From assembly GCA_944384425.1 (NCBI GenBank), contig CALWTI010000002.1, positions 448-64,447 on the forward strand: DNA of 64,000 nt. The letters are read 5' to 3'. Each line of letters starts with the position of its first letter. Positions within the stretch are counted from its first letter, which is position 1. Below are positions 1 to 8,753 of this stretch, in pieces. The position numbers were made by a program, and so were the translations under genes. This DNA comes from an uncultured Clostridia bacterium (GTDB lineage Bacteria > Bacillota > Clostridia > Christensenellales > UBA1242). The notes beneath the pieces were generated by a model. It was not told where the DNA came from and searched no databases. It worked only from the letters and a program-made list of their open reading frames with translations.

Positions 1-1053
1 GATGTAAAGATTATCGTCTGTTGTGTTTTTAAATCTAAGGTCACTATACCCTTCACTAACCATCGCATCAAAGGCAAGCCAAACATACGACGAAGGTAGT
101 GTGTGCTTATGCACTTCCAAAATTTCAACATCTGCAAGAAGAAGCGCGTTATAAAGCGTTGTTGAAGATTGGCAAACTCCGCCACCCGTTCCTTCAACAT
201 ACACACCGTTTAATATGACATTTGCTTTTTTGTAGCCATTTTCTGCCGTTCTATGACCTGTCGTTTGATTAAAAGAAACTTCTTGCATAGGCACAATCGT
301 CATACCGTTAAACGCCTCTAAGGCGTGGCGAACATTGTGCTTTCTATCATCTGACGAAGTGGCATAACTGGTTGAAAAACTCCCACGAAGGGCAACGCTT
401 TGCATAACTTCGGTTTTTGTCACAGTTGGCATCACTTCATATGTTGGAACGATAAGGTCAACAGTCGTGTCTGATTTTAATGCGTTATCTATGTTTTGTT
501 TGAGTGCTTCCCTGTCCACCATAACGCCAACTTTTTCGTCAGTAAAGGCAAGCGGATTTTTCTTGTTTGCGTCAAAAACAACTTTTGCGTCTTCTGCTGG
601 CGTATCTATTTGGTCAGCGATTTCATCTATTTTTGAATTTAATCCAGTAAACACTTCGGTGTATGCTATCTCAAAATTTTTGTCACCGTTTAGTTTGTCA
701 AGCTTACTCTTTTTTTGAAAAAGATTGCCAGAATTAAAATATTCAAATACATTTTCCACATATGGCACAATGTGATTATCTATTTCAAAATCATCGCCGC
801 TAAGCTTCCAAGATTTATCTAAATAGTTCAAAGTTATTTTTATGTCATTTCTTCTACTATCAAGATGTGTTTGAACAACATTGGTCGCCTGCTGTTCGTC
901 AAGCCCCGAAACGTCTATGCCGTTTATGGTCGTCCCGTCCATAAACTTGTTGCCGACAAAAAGGACATCTTTAAAGACAAAAAAGCCATAACTAAGCACA
1001 CCGACGGCAACAACAAAAATTATACTAACAACAATAAAAATTTTACTTTTCAT
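1..1053 (-). CDS. VanW/YoaR-family protein; the N-terminal 351 codons are in the window and the C-terminus runs off it
   Basis: This ORF is absent from the track because it has no in-window stop. My translation from the ATG at 1053..1051 gives MKSKIFIVVSIIFVVAVGVLSYGFF, a signal anchor. It continues to ...GTGGGVCQSSTTLYNALLLADVEILEVHKH..., a VanW-domain signature. The frame stays open to base 1. The + ORFs 467..718 and 865..1074 are antisense shadows of it. Confidence 0.75.
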   Translation of the reverse strand, partial: MKSKIFIVVSIIFVVAVGVLSYGFFVFKDVLFVGNKFMDGTTINGIDVSGLDEQQATNVVQTHLDSRRNDIKITLNYLDKSWKLSGDDFEIDNHIVPYVENVFEYFNSGNLFQKKSKLDKLNGDKNFEIAYTEVFTGLNSKIDEIADQIDTPAEDAKVVFDANKKNPLAFTDEKVGVMVDREALKQNIDNALKSDTTVDLIVPTYEVMPTVTKTEVMQSVALRGSFSTSYATSSDDRKHNVRHALEAFNGMTIVPMQEVSFNQTTGHRTAENGYKKANVILNGVYVEGTGGGVCQSSTTLYNALLLADVEILEVHKHTLPSSYVWLAFDAMVSEGYSDLRFKNTTDDNLYI

Positions 1054-1139
1054 ATTTTTCCCTTTACTAACTAGTATTGTTAAAAAGCAAAAATATATTC
1101 ACTCACAAACGCTTGCTAAAAAACATACAATGAGTTAGA

Positions 1140-1265
1140 ATAAGTCATAACCATAGAGAGTGTGCGAGGGACAGCCCCGGCGACCACACAGCAACCTAAA
1201 ACATTGTTTCAAGGTGCTAAAAGCTGAACGATGGTTTTGCGCCATCATTAAGATGGCTTTTTTAT
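1140..1265 (+). promoter_or_regulatory. SAM-I (S-box) riboswitch with terminator, leader of metK
   Basis: The P1 helix pairs AACCAT (1149..1154) with ATGGTT (1231..1236). The conserved core reads AGAGAGTGTGCGAGGGACAGCCCCGGCGACCACACAGCAACC ... AAGGTGCTAAAAGCTGAACG. The hairpin CCATC-ATTAA-GATGG is followed by a T-run at 1242..1263, directly upstream of the metK ATG at 1280. Confidence 0.8.
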
Positions 1266-1279
1266 AACAGGAGAAAATA

Positions 1280-2371
1280 ATGGAACAAATTTTAACAAGC
1301 GAAAGCGTAAACATCGGACATCCCGACAAAACTTGCGACTATATTGCAGATTGTTTTTTGGACGAAGCACTATCAAAAGATAGCCAAAGCCAAATGGCAG
1401 TTGAGTGCGCAATAAAAAATAACCACCTTTTTATTTATGGCGAAGCATCAACAAAGGCAAAAATAAACTACAATAAAATTGCAAGAACGGCATTAAAACA
1501 AATTGGATACAAAAATAAATTCAAAATAACAAAAGTGATATCAAGGCAAAGTCCCGACATAGCAGGAGCAGTCAAAAAGAAAAAACTTTGTGCAAACGAC
1601 CAAGGCGTAGTCTTTGGTTATGCAACAAATGAAAGTGAAAGCTTTTTGCCACTCACCATTGAAATTGCTAATAATATCATGAAGATATATGATAAGTTTA
1701 GAAAAACCACACAAGACTTTTTCCCTGACGCAAAAAGTCAAGTGTGGATAAAGTATGTTGACGGAAAGCCAGACACAATTACAAATATACTAATAAGCGT
1801 TTCTCATAGCGAAGCACTCTCGCTAGAAGATGTAAAAAAAGAAATTGAGAAAAATGTAATCGATTTAATTAGGCAAAAATACGCAAAATATTTTACTTTA
1901 AACACAAAAGTTTTAATCAATCCAAGCGGAAAGTTTACAATCTGGGGAAGCTTTGGCGACAGTGGTTGTGTTGGAAGAAAAATCGTTGTTGACGGATACG
2001 GTTCAATCGCTCATGTCGGCGGGGGCTGTTTCTCTTCAAAAAACGCAACAAAGGTTGACCGCTCAGGTGCTTACTACGCAAGATATGTTGCAAAAAGTTT
2101 GGTCGCAAATGGACTTTGTGACAGATGTGAAATAGGTGTTTCATATGCAATAGGCCTTGAAAATGCAATGTCTATTAACATTGACTGCTTTTCGACAAAC
2201 AAAGTCGATATGAAAGAAATCTATGACATAGTCAAAAAGAATTTTGATTTTTCAGTGCAAAACATAATTGACGAACTGGACTTAAACAAGCCAATATACA
2301 AAAAAACAAGTTGTTTTGGACACTTTTCTAGCCCTGAGTTTAGTTGGGAAAAAATTAAAAAATTAAAATAA
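1280..2371 (+). CDS. metK: S-adenosylmethionine synthetase
   Basis: The N-terminal motif SESVNIGHPDKTCDYIADCFLDEAL is present, and GDSGCVGRKIVVDGYG ... GGGCFSSKNATKVDRSGAY follows later. An RBS GGAG lies upstream. Confidence 0.93.
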   Translation: MEQILTSESVNIGHPDKTCDYIADCFLDEALSKDSQSQMAVECAIKNNHLFIYGEASTKAKINYNKIARTALKQIGYKNKFKITKVISRQSPDIAGAVKKKKLCANDQGVVFGYATNESESFLPLTIEIANNIMKIYDKFRKTTQDFFPDAKSQVWIKYVDGKPDTITNILISVSHSEALSLEDVKKEIEKNVIDLIRQKYAKYFTLNTKVLINPSGKFTIWGSFGDSGCVGRKIVVDGYGSIAHVGGGCFSSKNATKVDRSGAYYARYVAKSLVANGLCDRCEIGVSYAIGLENAMSINIDCFSTNKVDMKEIYDIVKKNFDFSVQNIIDELDLNKPIYKKTSCFGHFSSPEFSWEKIKKLK

Positions 2372-2413
2372 AGAAAACCCCTCTATTCGCCTCTATTTTT
2401 GACCTATAAAAAA

Positions 2414-2446
2414 GGAACTTTACTGTTTTGTAAAGCTCCTTTTATT
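2414..2446. terminator. Bidirectional rho-independent terminator between metK and the convergent membrane-protein gene
   Basis: The hairpin GGAACTTTAC-TGTTTT-GTAAAGCTCC has an A-run before it and a T-run after it. Confidence 0.5.
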
Positions 2447-2501
2447 TGTTTTATTTTTTACTTTCAATACCCTTTTTTAACATTCTTTTATAGCAAGTCT
2501 T

Positions 2502-2990
2502 TTATTTTTCTTCTTCTTGTTGTGATGGTTCTTTCTTTTCTTCGCTTGGCTTTTGTTCAGTTTCTGTTTTTATTGTGACAACCTCGTCAGTTTTTGTTTT
2601 CTTAAGTTCTTCCCTTGCAGTCTTATAATTTTTTGGGCTCATGATTGCAGGAATAAAACAAAGAAGATACAAAGCGCAAAGTACAAACTGTGGAACAAAC
2701 ACCGTTCCAAATGCCACATCAAAGAACATAAACACCGTGCCCATAACAAACTCAATTGCAAGATACAATGATGACAATACCGTTACTGGCATTCCAACAA
2801 CTTGTGATTTTCTCTTTTCGTTTGAAACAAAGAAAAATGATATGACACACATAACTATTGAAAACATAATAAATCCATACGATGTCCAAAACGATGTGTG
2901 AAACGCCCTGGCAAGCAAGAATAGCACAATGTTATAAACCACAACCACTATGGCAAACATTAAGCCTAGTTGAACTTTCTTTCTATCCAT
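2502..2990 (-). CDS. Hypothetical 4-TM membrane protein with an E/K-rich C-terminal tail
   Basis: The 162 aa ORF has four hydrophobic segments and a charged tail (KPSEEKKEPSQQEEEK). No family was recognised. Confidence 0.6.
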   Translation of the reverse strand: MDRKKVQLGLMFAIVVVVYNIVLFLLARAFHTSFWTSYGFIMFSIVMCVISFFFVSNEKRKSQVVGMPVTVLSSLYLAIEFVMGTVFMFFDVAFGTVFVPQFVLCALYLLCFIPAIMSPKNYKTAREELKKTKTDEVVTIKTETEQKPSEEKKEPSQQEEEK

Positions 2991-3142
2991 TTTTCATCTC
3001 CTATTTAATTATATAATAGCAAAAGTGCTTATTTTTTTCAAGCATTTTGAATTATTAAAGTTTTTTTTACGTCATTTTGCGCTAAATCTTGACATAATTG
3101 TATATATTATGATAACTTTTATATGATTTAAAAGGATTTTTT

Positions 3143-4084
3143 ATGAAAAAAGACAAAACTTTTATTAAAGTATTTTCCCTTATCCTGTTTTCTGTGTTTC
3201 TAATTGCCTTTTCTGCAGGATACTCAGTATACAAACTAAACAATGAAGTTCAAACTGTCCTCCCACCTTCTGCTGGTGCAGACGACATAGGGGGACAAAT
3301 TGAAGACGCAGAGCCACCAACTTCATCAGACCCTTCAAATCCACAACCAGAAAAACCACAAACCGTCCCACTTTACAACAACGCTTTCCAATGTCTTGAA
3401 GATGCTTTCGCTCTCATTGACAATTGCAAGGGCTACAAAATAACATCAACCATGACTGCAATTACTGACATATTTGGCATGGGAAGTGCGACGCAGTCAG
3501 TTAGAGAAATGGCAATGCTTTCAGGAGATTTCTATTTTAAAGAAACACAAGCAAGTTGTTCAACAAGTCTTGGCGAAAATTTTTATAGATATTTTTATAG
3601 CGAAGACGGTGGAGAAAATGTTGAATACAGAAAAACATCATCATACAATGACAATATTCCAAATTGGGACAAAACGACAGAAAGCACAACAACTTCAAAA
3701 GATGAAATTATAGCAAAATATGACGGCAACGCATATGACCTATTTCCATTTCGCTCAAATAAAGAAAATTCTCGACTTGTGAAATTTGACAGAGCATCTG
3801 ATGACACATACTATATCATCTCAACAATATACACCCCTTCAATGATTCCTGAAAAATATATAGAAAACGCAAAAAGAGAAGGCGGACTAAGTAACATAAA
3901 ATATACAAGTCTAACCATAACTTATTATATTGAAAAAGCAACGCTTTATATGCGTAAAGTCGAAAGAGTTGAAGAATATTCAATAACAAAAGGTGTCACA
4001 CTAGATGTCTCTGCAAGCTACAATCTATTCGTGAATATAATCGATCAAGAAATTCCCGCACAAAAACCTAGTTATTGCTACTAA
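3143..4084 (+). CDS. Hypothetical secreted or membrane-anchored protein
   Basis: The 313 aa ORF has the N-terminal anchor FIKVFSLILFSVFLIAFSAG followed by a Pro/Ser-rich linker. No family was recognised. Confidence 0.6.
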   Translation: MKKDKTFIKVFSLILFSVFLIAFSAGYSVYKLNNEVQTVLPPSAGADDIGGQIEDAEPPTSSDPSNPQPEKPQTVPLYNNAFQCLEDAFALIDNCKGYKITSTMTAITDIFGMGSATQSVREMAMLSGDFYFKETQASCSTSLGENFYRYFYSEDGGENVEYRKTSSYNDNIPNWDKTTESTTTSKDEIIAKYDGNAYDLFPFRSNKENSRLVKFDRASDDTYYIISTIYTPSMIPEKYIENAKREGGLSNIKYTSLTITYYIEKATLYMRKVERVEEYSITKGVTLDVSASYNLFVNIIDQEIPAQKPSYCY

Positions 4085-4757
4085 TTCTTGACAAAACTTC
4101 ATTAAGCACTTCTTTATGTATATCTTCAATTGACCTAACACCTTGTTCATTAACACAACTTACTTTAATGTAGTTGTGTCTATAACACAAGTTCAAATAT
4201 GTCTTTTCACTTCTTTCAAGATACTGCTCGTCCGACTCATGTTGGTCGGGTTTTTCTTTTCTTGACTGTTGAAGAACTTTCGCAACTTTTGCTGGCATAT
4301 GTAAAAATATTGTGATATCTGGCTTTGGAAGTTGCAAAAGGTCATATTCAAGAACGTCCAGAAAGTGAAAAATTTTCTCGCGCTCAAAATCGTCGGCAGC
4401 CTTTGCTCCTTGATGGGCAAAGTTCGAATCAACATATCTATCAACCACAACATTGACACCACTGTCAAGCTTATCGGTTATGTGTTTAATATTGTATTTT
4501 CTATCTGCTGCATAGTAAAGACTTGCAACACGTGGATCAACATTTGATGCCCCTTCTGGAAAAAGTGGCGCACCATACCCCTCTTTCCCAAGATATGGCC
4601 CTGCAATTATCTTTCCTGTTGGACTGTCATAATTTGGAAAACAATATTTTTCAACCGGTATATTTCTTTGCTTTAGTGCCTCAATAAGCAAATCACTTTG
4701 TGTCTGTTTTCCAGAACAGTCTGTACCCTCAATTACAATCAATTTTCCTTTTTCCAT
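4068..4757 (-). CDS. tmk: Thymidylate (dTMP) kinase family protein
   Basis: The P-loop reads LIVIEGTDCSGKQTQ. VVDRY and a lid-like region are also present. The 229 aa length is longer than a typical Tmk. Confidence 0.75.
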   Translation of the reverse strand: MEKGKLIVIEGTDCSGKQTQSDLLIEALKQRNIPVEKYCFPNYDSPTGKIIAGPYLGKEGYGAPLFPEGASNVDPRVASLYYAADRKYNIKHITDKLDSGVNVVVDRYVDSNFAHQGAKAADDFEREKIFHFLDVLEYDLLQLPKPDITIFLHMPAKVAKVLQQSRKEKPDQHESDEQYLERSEKTYLNLCYRHNYIKVSCVNEQGVRSIEDIHKEVLNEVLSRISSNN

Positions 4758-4804
4758 TTTTTACCTCTTGGAGATAATTGTAACCATAAAAACAAAAATG
4801 TCAA

Positions 4805-5134
4805 CTAGCTATTTGACACAGCAAGGTACATTATATCATTGACCTTTTTCTCGTTTAACGAATAAACTATGATTTTCCCTTCCCTTACACTTGACACAAT
4901 GCCCTGCGTTTTTAAAAACTTTAGTTGATGCGAAATTGTTGTTTGATTGATTTGCAAGACATTAGATAAATCACTCACACACATATCACACATAGCAAGA
5001 GCTGACATTATTTTAAGCCGTGTTGCATCACAAAAATTTTGAAAGTAAAGGGCAAGCTTTTCAATGTCCTTATTAGTGGGTAAATACTTCAATATTTTCG
5101 CTTTTGACTTTTGTGATAAAATTAAATACTCCAT
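4805..5134 (-). CDS. ArsR/SmtB-family metalloregulator
   Basis: The wHTH region reads ATRLKIMSALAMCDMCVSDLSNVLQINQTTISHQLKFLKTQGIV. I moved the start to the ATG at 5134 (MEYLIL...), which has a GGAGG RBS. The track start at 5185 has none. Confidence 0.85.
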   Translation of the reverse strand: MEYLILSQKSKAKILKYLPTNKDIEKLALYFQNFCDATRLKIMSALAMCDMCVSDLSNVLQINQTTISHQLKFLKTQGIVSSVREGKIIVYSLNEKKVNDIMYLAVSNS

Positions 5135-5313
5135 ATCTCCTCCCAAATATGTAACAAATAAAATTGTGACATCATATATATTCACAGAATGTTTTCATAA
5201 AAAAACTTTGCTATATTAGTATAGCAGATTGTGACCTATGAAAAATAAAAAAATTTTTATGTTTTTTGACTGAAAACATCAAAATTAAGCTAATTTTGTT
5301 GAAGGAGGTTCAT

Positions 5314-5490
5314 ATGAATTTTTCACAAGACATATTGCTAGTTCTTCTTATCGGAATTTTGGCGTCGGCAACAGGCACTGATCTTGCAACAAACACAAAC
5401 ATCTTGCTTTTACTTCTTCTCACTCTCGCCGGTTCCTATAATTACGGAAATTCAAGTTGTGGCTGTAACTGTTCAAACAGATTGTTCTAA
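5314..5490 (+). CDS. Small hydrophobic peptide (58 aa) with a Cys-rich C-terminus
   Basis: An RBS GAAGGAGG lies 4 nt before the ATG at 5314. The product is MNFSQDILLVLLIGILASATG...LLLLLLTLAGSYNYGNSSCGCNCSNRLF. The gene is divergent from the ArsR gene. Confidence 0.45.
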   Translation: MNFSQDILLVLLIGILASATGTDLATNTNILLLLLLTLAGSYNYGNSSCGCNCSNRLF

Positions 5491-5670
5491 AATTAGAAAA
5501 AATTACATAAAAATACCATTTTTTAACAAAAAAACACCGTTTTTTTTGATGTTTTTGGGCAAACCATGAAAAAAGAAAAGATATGTTGTCTTTTCTTTTT
5601 TTATAAAGTAATAAAATTTGTTTGGTTTTTTATACAATTTATTGCACAATATAATCAAGGAGGAATGAAA

Positions 5671-6738
5671 ATGAAATTAAAAATAGCACAATATGGCGTT
5701 GGCAAAATGAGTAAATTTACCATGCGCTACTGCCTTGAAAAAGGTTGGGAGATAATCGGAGCTTTTGACAACAACCCACAAAAATATGGCGTGGATATAT
5801 CTGAAATTATGGAGTTAGATAAGCCTTTGGGCGTCAAAATTGACAAAAGCACCGACTTTGAACAGTTTCTACTTAATAAAAAGCCTGACATAGTTATTGT
5901 CACAACTATGAGCTTGTTTAAAGATGTTTATGAATGTTTGCATCTTTGTGCAAAATATGGAGTAAATGCAATAACAACTTGCGAAGAAGCATTTTATCCA
6001 CAAAACTCAAACCCTTCGCTTTTCGAAGAACTTGATGACCTGTGTAAAAAAACAAATTGCACAATCACCGGTAGCGGTTATCAAGATATCTTTTGGGGGA
6101 ATTTAATAGCAAGCATTGCTGGTTCAACACACAAAATAACCAAAATACTAGGAAAAAGTAGTTATAATGTCGAAGATTATGGTATTGCACTCGCAAGGGC
6201 ACACGGAGCAGGATTAACTACTGAGCAATTTGAAAAAGAAATTGCTTCCGCAGACGAAATATCTGACGAGGAGCGTGAAAACATAATCAAATCAGGAGAA
6301 TATGCCCCTAGCTATATGTGGAATGTCAACGGCTGGCTAGCTAGTAAACTAGGCTTACACATCACTCATCAAACTCAAAAATGCATACCGCAAATAGCAA
6401 AACAAGATTTACACTCAACAACTCTTGGTATGGACGTTAAAAAGGGAATGGTAACCGGAATGAGCGCAGTTGTTACTTCAAAGACGGAAGAGGGAGTTGT
6501 TTTGGAAACACAGTGCATAGGAAAAGTATATGCAAGTGATGAATTTGATAGCAATGAGTGGACAATAGTTGGCGAGCCTTCAACAACGATTGTTGTAAAT
6601 GAACCAAACACCGTGGAATTAACTTGCGCAACCACAGTTAACAGAATACCAGATGTAATCGAAGCACCTGCTGGATACATTACAACCGACCACTTCGGTT
6701 TACCACAATACAAAACAAACATCGAAAACCTAAAATAA
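5671..6738 (+). CDS. DapB-like NAD(P)-binding oxidoreductase (amine dehydrogenase / 2,4-diaminopentanoate dehydrogenase-like family)
   Basis: The N-terminus has a Rossmann motif, KIAQYGVGKMSKF. The overall layout resembles the Ord/AmDH family. An RBS AAGGAGG at 5658..5664 favours the ATG at 5671 over the track start at 5566. Confidence 0.6.
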   Translation: MKLKIAQYGVGKMSKFTMRYCLEKGWEIIGAFDNNPQKYGVDISEIMELDKPLGVKIDKSTDFEQFLLNKKPDIVIVTTMSLFKDVYECLHLCAKYGVNAITTCEEAFYPQNSNPSLFEELDDLCKKTNCTITGSGYQDIFWGNLIASIAGSTHKITKILGKSSYNVEDYGIALARAHGAGLTTEQFEKEIASADEISDEERENIIKSGEYAPSYMWNVNGWLASKLGLHITHQTQKCIPQIAKQDLHSTTLGMDVKKGMVTGMSAVVTSKTEEGVVLETQCIGKVYASDEFDSNEWTIVGEPSTTIVVNEPNTVELTCATTVNRIPDVIEAPAGYITTDHFGLPQYKTNIENLK

Positions 6739-6771
6739 GTAAATAAATAAAAGTATTAAAACTTTTAAGGA

Positions 6772-6797
6772 AGTATAGCAACAGCTATACTTTTTTA
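6772..6797 (+). terminator. Rho-independent terminator
   Basis: The hairpin AGTATAGC-AACA-GCTATACT is followed by TTTTTT. Confidence 0.7.
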
Positions 6798-7021
6798 TTG
6801 TAATTAAGTTATGTTTTAATAACTATAATTATCGGTGCAAAGCGAGATGTTCAAAAATAAACACATTTAAAATACATAATATATAAAATTAAAAGCTTTA
6901 ATTTGACTTTAATTATCTTTTTAGCTTGTAACGACAAAATATAAGTAGTTATTAAAAAGTCTTTGAAGTACTATCCTAACTTAATAAAAAGACACTTGAA
7001 TTAAAAACTATCATTAAATAT

Positions 7022-7645
7022 TTACCTAAGCATATTTGAAACTGTGGCGATAAGTTTTTCGGAACCAATTTTAAATGCCGGATATAGACTTGACATGCTT
7101 ATTTGCGTAGTAAAAATAGGAGAAAGAATATCAAAACCATTCAAGCCTTCTATGACAAAACAAATCAACGCAACAAAGATTACGCCTTTTAAAAAACCAA
7201 GTGAAAGTCCACAAAGACGGTCAAAACTACCAATAATAGCCAAGCTTTTAATAAACAAAGATACTTTTCTTGCCATAAATTTTAACAACTTGTTTATTAT
7301 GAAAGATAAAACAATAAACACAACAACATTACAAACAAACTCAACAACTGTACTTAAAAGCATCGACTCATTGATATGCAAAACTTTTTTAATAAATATC
7401 AACAAAATATTGTTACTATTAACCAAATTACTAATAAAAGAATTATTTTGAACAAGCGTAGACTGCAAAGTATCAACTTTTAGTGTTTCTAAGATGAAAG
7501 ATGTGGCTTTAGGTAGCATAAGATATGTTAAATATAGCGATAGAAACATAATAATAATAGATAATAAGGAACTTACCATTCCTTTTTTAAAGCCAAATGC
7601 CGAACACAAACATAAAATAGAAATTATAGCTATATCAATCCACAC
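7022..7645 (-). CDS. cvpA: CvpA-family membrane protein
   Basis: The 207 aa ORF begins MWIDIAIISILCLCSAFGFKKGMVSSLL and has several TM segments, as is typical of CvpA. Confidence 0.7.
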   Translation of the reverse strand: MWIDIAIISILCLCSAFGFKKGMVSSLLSIIIMFLSLYLTYLMLPKATSFILETLKVDTLQSTLVQNNSFISNLVNSNNILLIFIKKVLHINESMLLSTVVEFVCNVVVFIVLSFIINKLLKFMARKVSLFIKSLAIIGSFDRLCGLSLGFLKGVIFVALICFVIEGLNGFDILSPIFTTQISMSSLYPAFKIGSEKLIATVSNMLR

Positions 7646-7849
7646 AATTAAAATTATTGCTTTTCTAATGACAAATATACAAGTACAATAAAATTTTATC
7701 TATTTTTGCTTGAAAAAGGACTATTGAAAATATAAGTTTTAAAGCATTTTTAACAATTTTTACAAGTACTAACTCATACCGTTTTTAGCCTCGCTACAAC
7801 GCATTTTTTGGTTTTAGTTGCAATTTTTACTTAAATGACAAGAATTTAA

Positions 7850-8586
7850 TGTTTCACGTGAAACAATTTATTTTATAACGAAAAAAATTTATAACTCTTT
7901 TGTTTCACGTGAAACAACCAAACTAACAATAAAAAATTAAACATTTCGGTTGTACAGACCGATTTTAGAAAGCTGAATTAAATAATTCCATACATAACAG
8001 ACAAAACATTTCTTTAAATCTATATCAAAATTGTTTCACGTGAAACACTAGCTCAAAATTAAGTCATAAAACCACAAAAGAATAAAGGTGCGCGTGATTT
8101 TTAAAGCAAAAAAACACAATAAAGGCCAAAACAACAAGATATGATTGTTGATTTTTAAATACAAATTATTAAAATTACCGCCAACATCTTCAATTTGTAT
8201 TTCAAATACATTATGTTTTAGACTTATCAAACTTTTGTTTCACGTGAAACAAAATTTAATAATTGCTATTGAAAGTATTAGAGTTGTGCGTTTTGATGTT
8301 TCACGTGAAACAATGAAGAATATAAAGAATTTAAACACATAAGACGGCTTGAAATTATTGTTTTTTAATATATTTGTCTGTTTAAACACTTATATTTATT
8401 ATAAACAACGGTTTATTATTTATTAAAAGATTTTTCTGACACAGTTTTTGGTAATTTAATAATTATACTTATAGCATCACATAAAAAACTTGTGCGTTAC
8501 ATACTAAGTTGATACATTTATGAAATCGTTTCACGTGAAACAATTTTGCTAACCAGTTGATTTAATATAATGTTTCACGTGAAACA
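7850..8586. repeat. parS centromere array with seven 16-bp ParB-binding palindromes
   Basis: TGTTTCACGTGAAACA occurs at 7850..7865, 7901..7916, 8032..8047, 8236..8251, 8297..8312 and 8571..8586. CGTTTCACGTGAAACA occurs at 8527..8542. All lie in a 1.1 kb non-coding tract immediately downstream of parB. Confidence 0.9.
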
Positions 8587-8605
8587 ATTTTGATTTTGCA
8601 CAGAC

Positions 8606-8701
8606 TTATCCACAATTTAGAGTAAAATGTGGACAAATCGACCGATTTTGTGCCAGTAATGATAATTATTTTAACAATTTTGCTTATTTTTGTGTGGATA
8701 A
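8606..8701. promoter_or_regulatory. DnaA-box cluster
   Basis: TTATCCACA lies at 8606..8614 (perfect). TGTGGACAA lies at 8629..8637 (one mismatch). TGTGGATAA lies at 8693..8701 (perfect, opposite orientation). Confidence 0.7.
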
Positions 8702-8710
8702 CTTGCTTTC

Positions 8711-8737
8711 AAAAAAAACCTTCCAAATAGGAAGGTT
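8711..8737 (-). terminator. Rho-independent terminator of the parAB operon
   Basis: On the minus strand the hairpin AACCTTCC-TATTT-GGAAGGTT is followed by T8, 17 nt after the parB stop. Confidence 0.8.
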
Positions 8738-8753
8738 ATGCGTTCTTTTGTGA

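Noticed and set aside
467-1074. Track ORFs 467..718 (+) and 865..1074 (+) as possible genes
   Set aside because: Both are low-complexity products. They lie antisense to a continuous open frame with a clear VanW domain that runs from 1053 to the window edge.
8048-8342. Track ORFs 8048..8230 (-) and 8145..8342 (+) inside the parS tract
   Set aside because: They have no RBS and are AT-rich nonsense-like products. They are interrupted by parS palindromes, so I treat the tract as non-coding.
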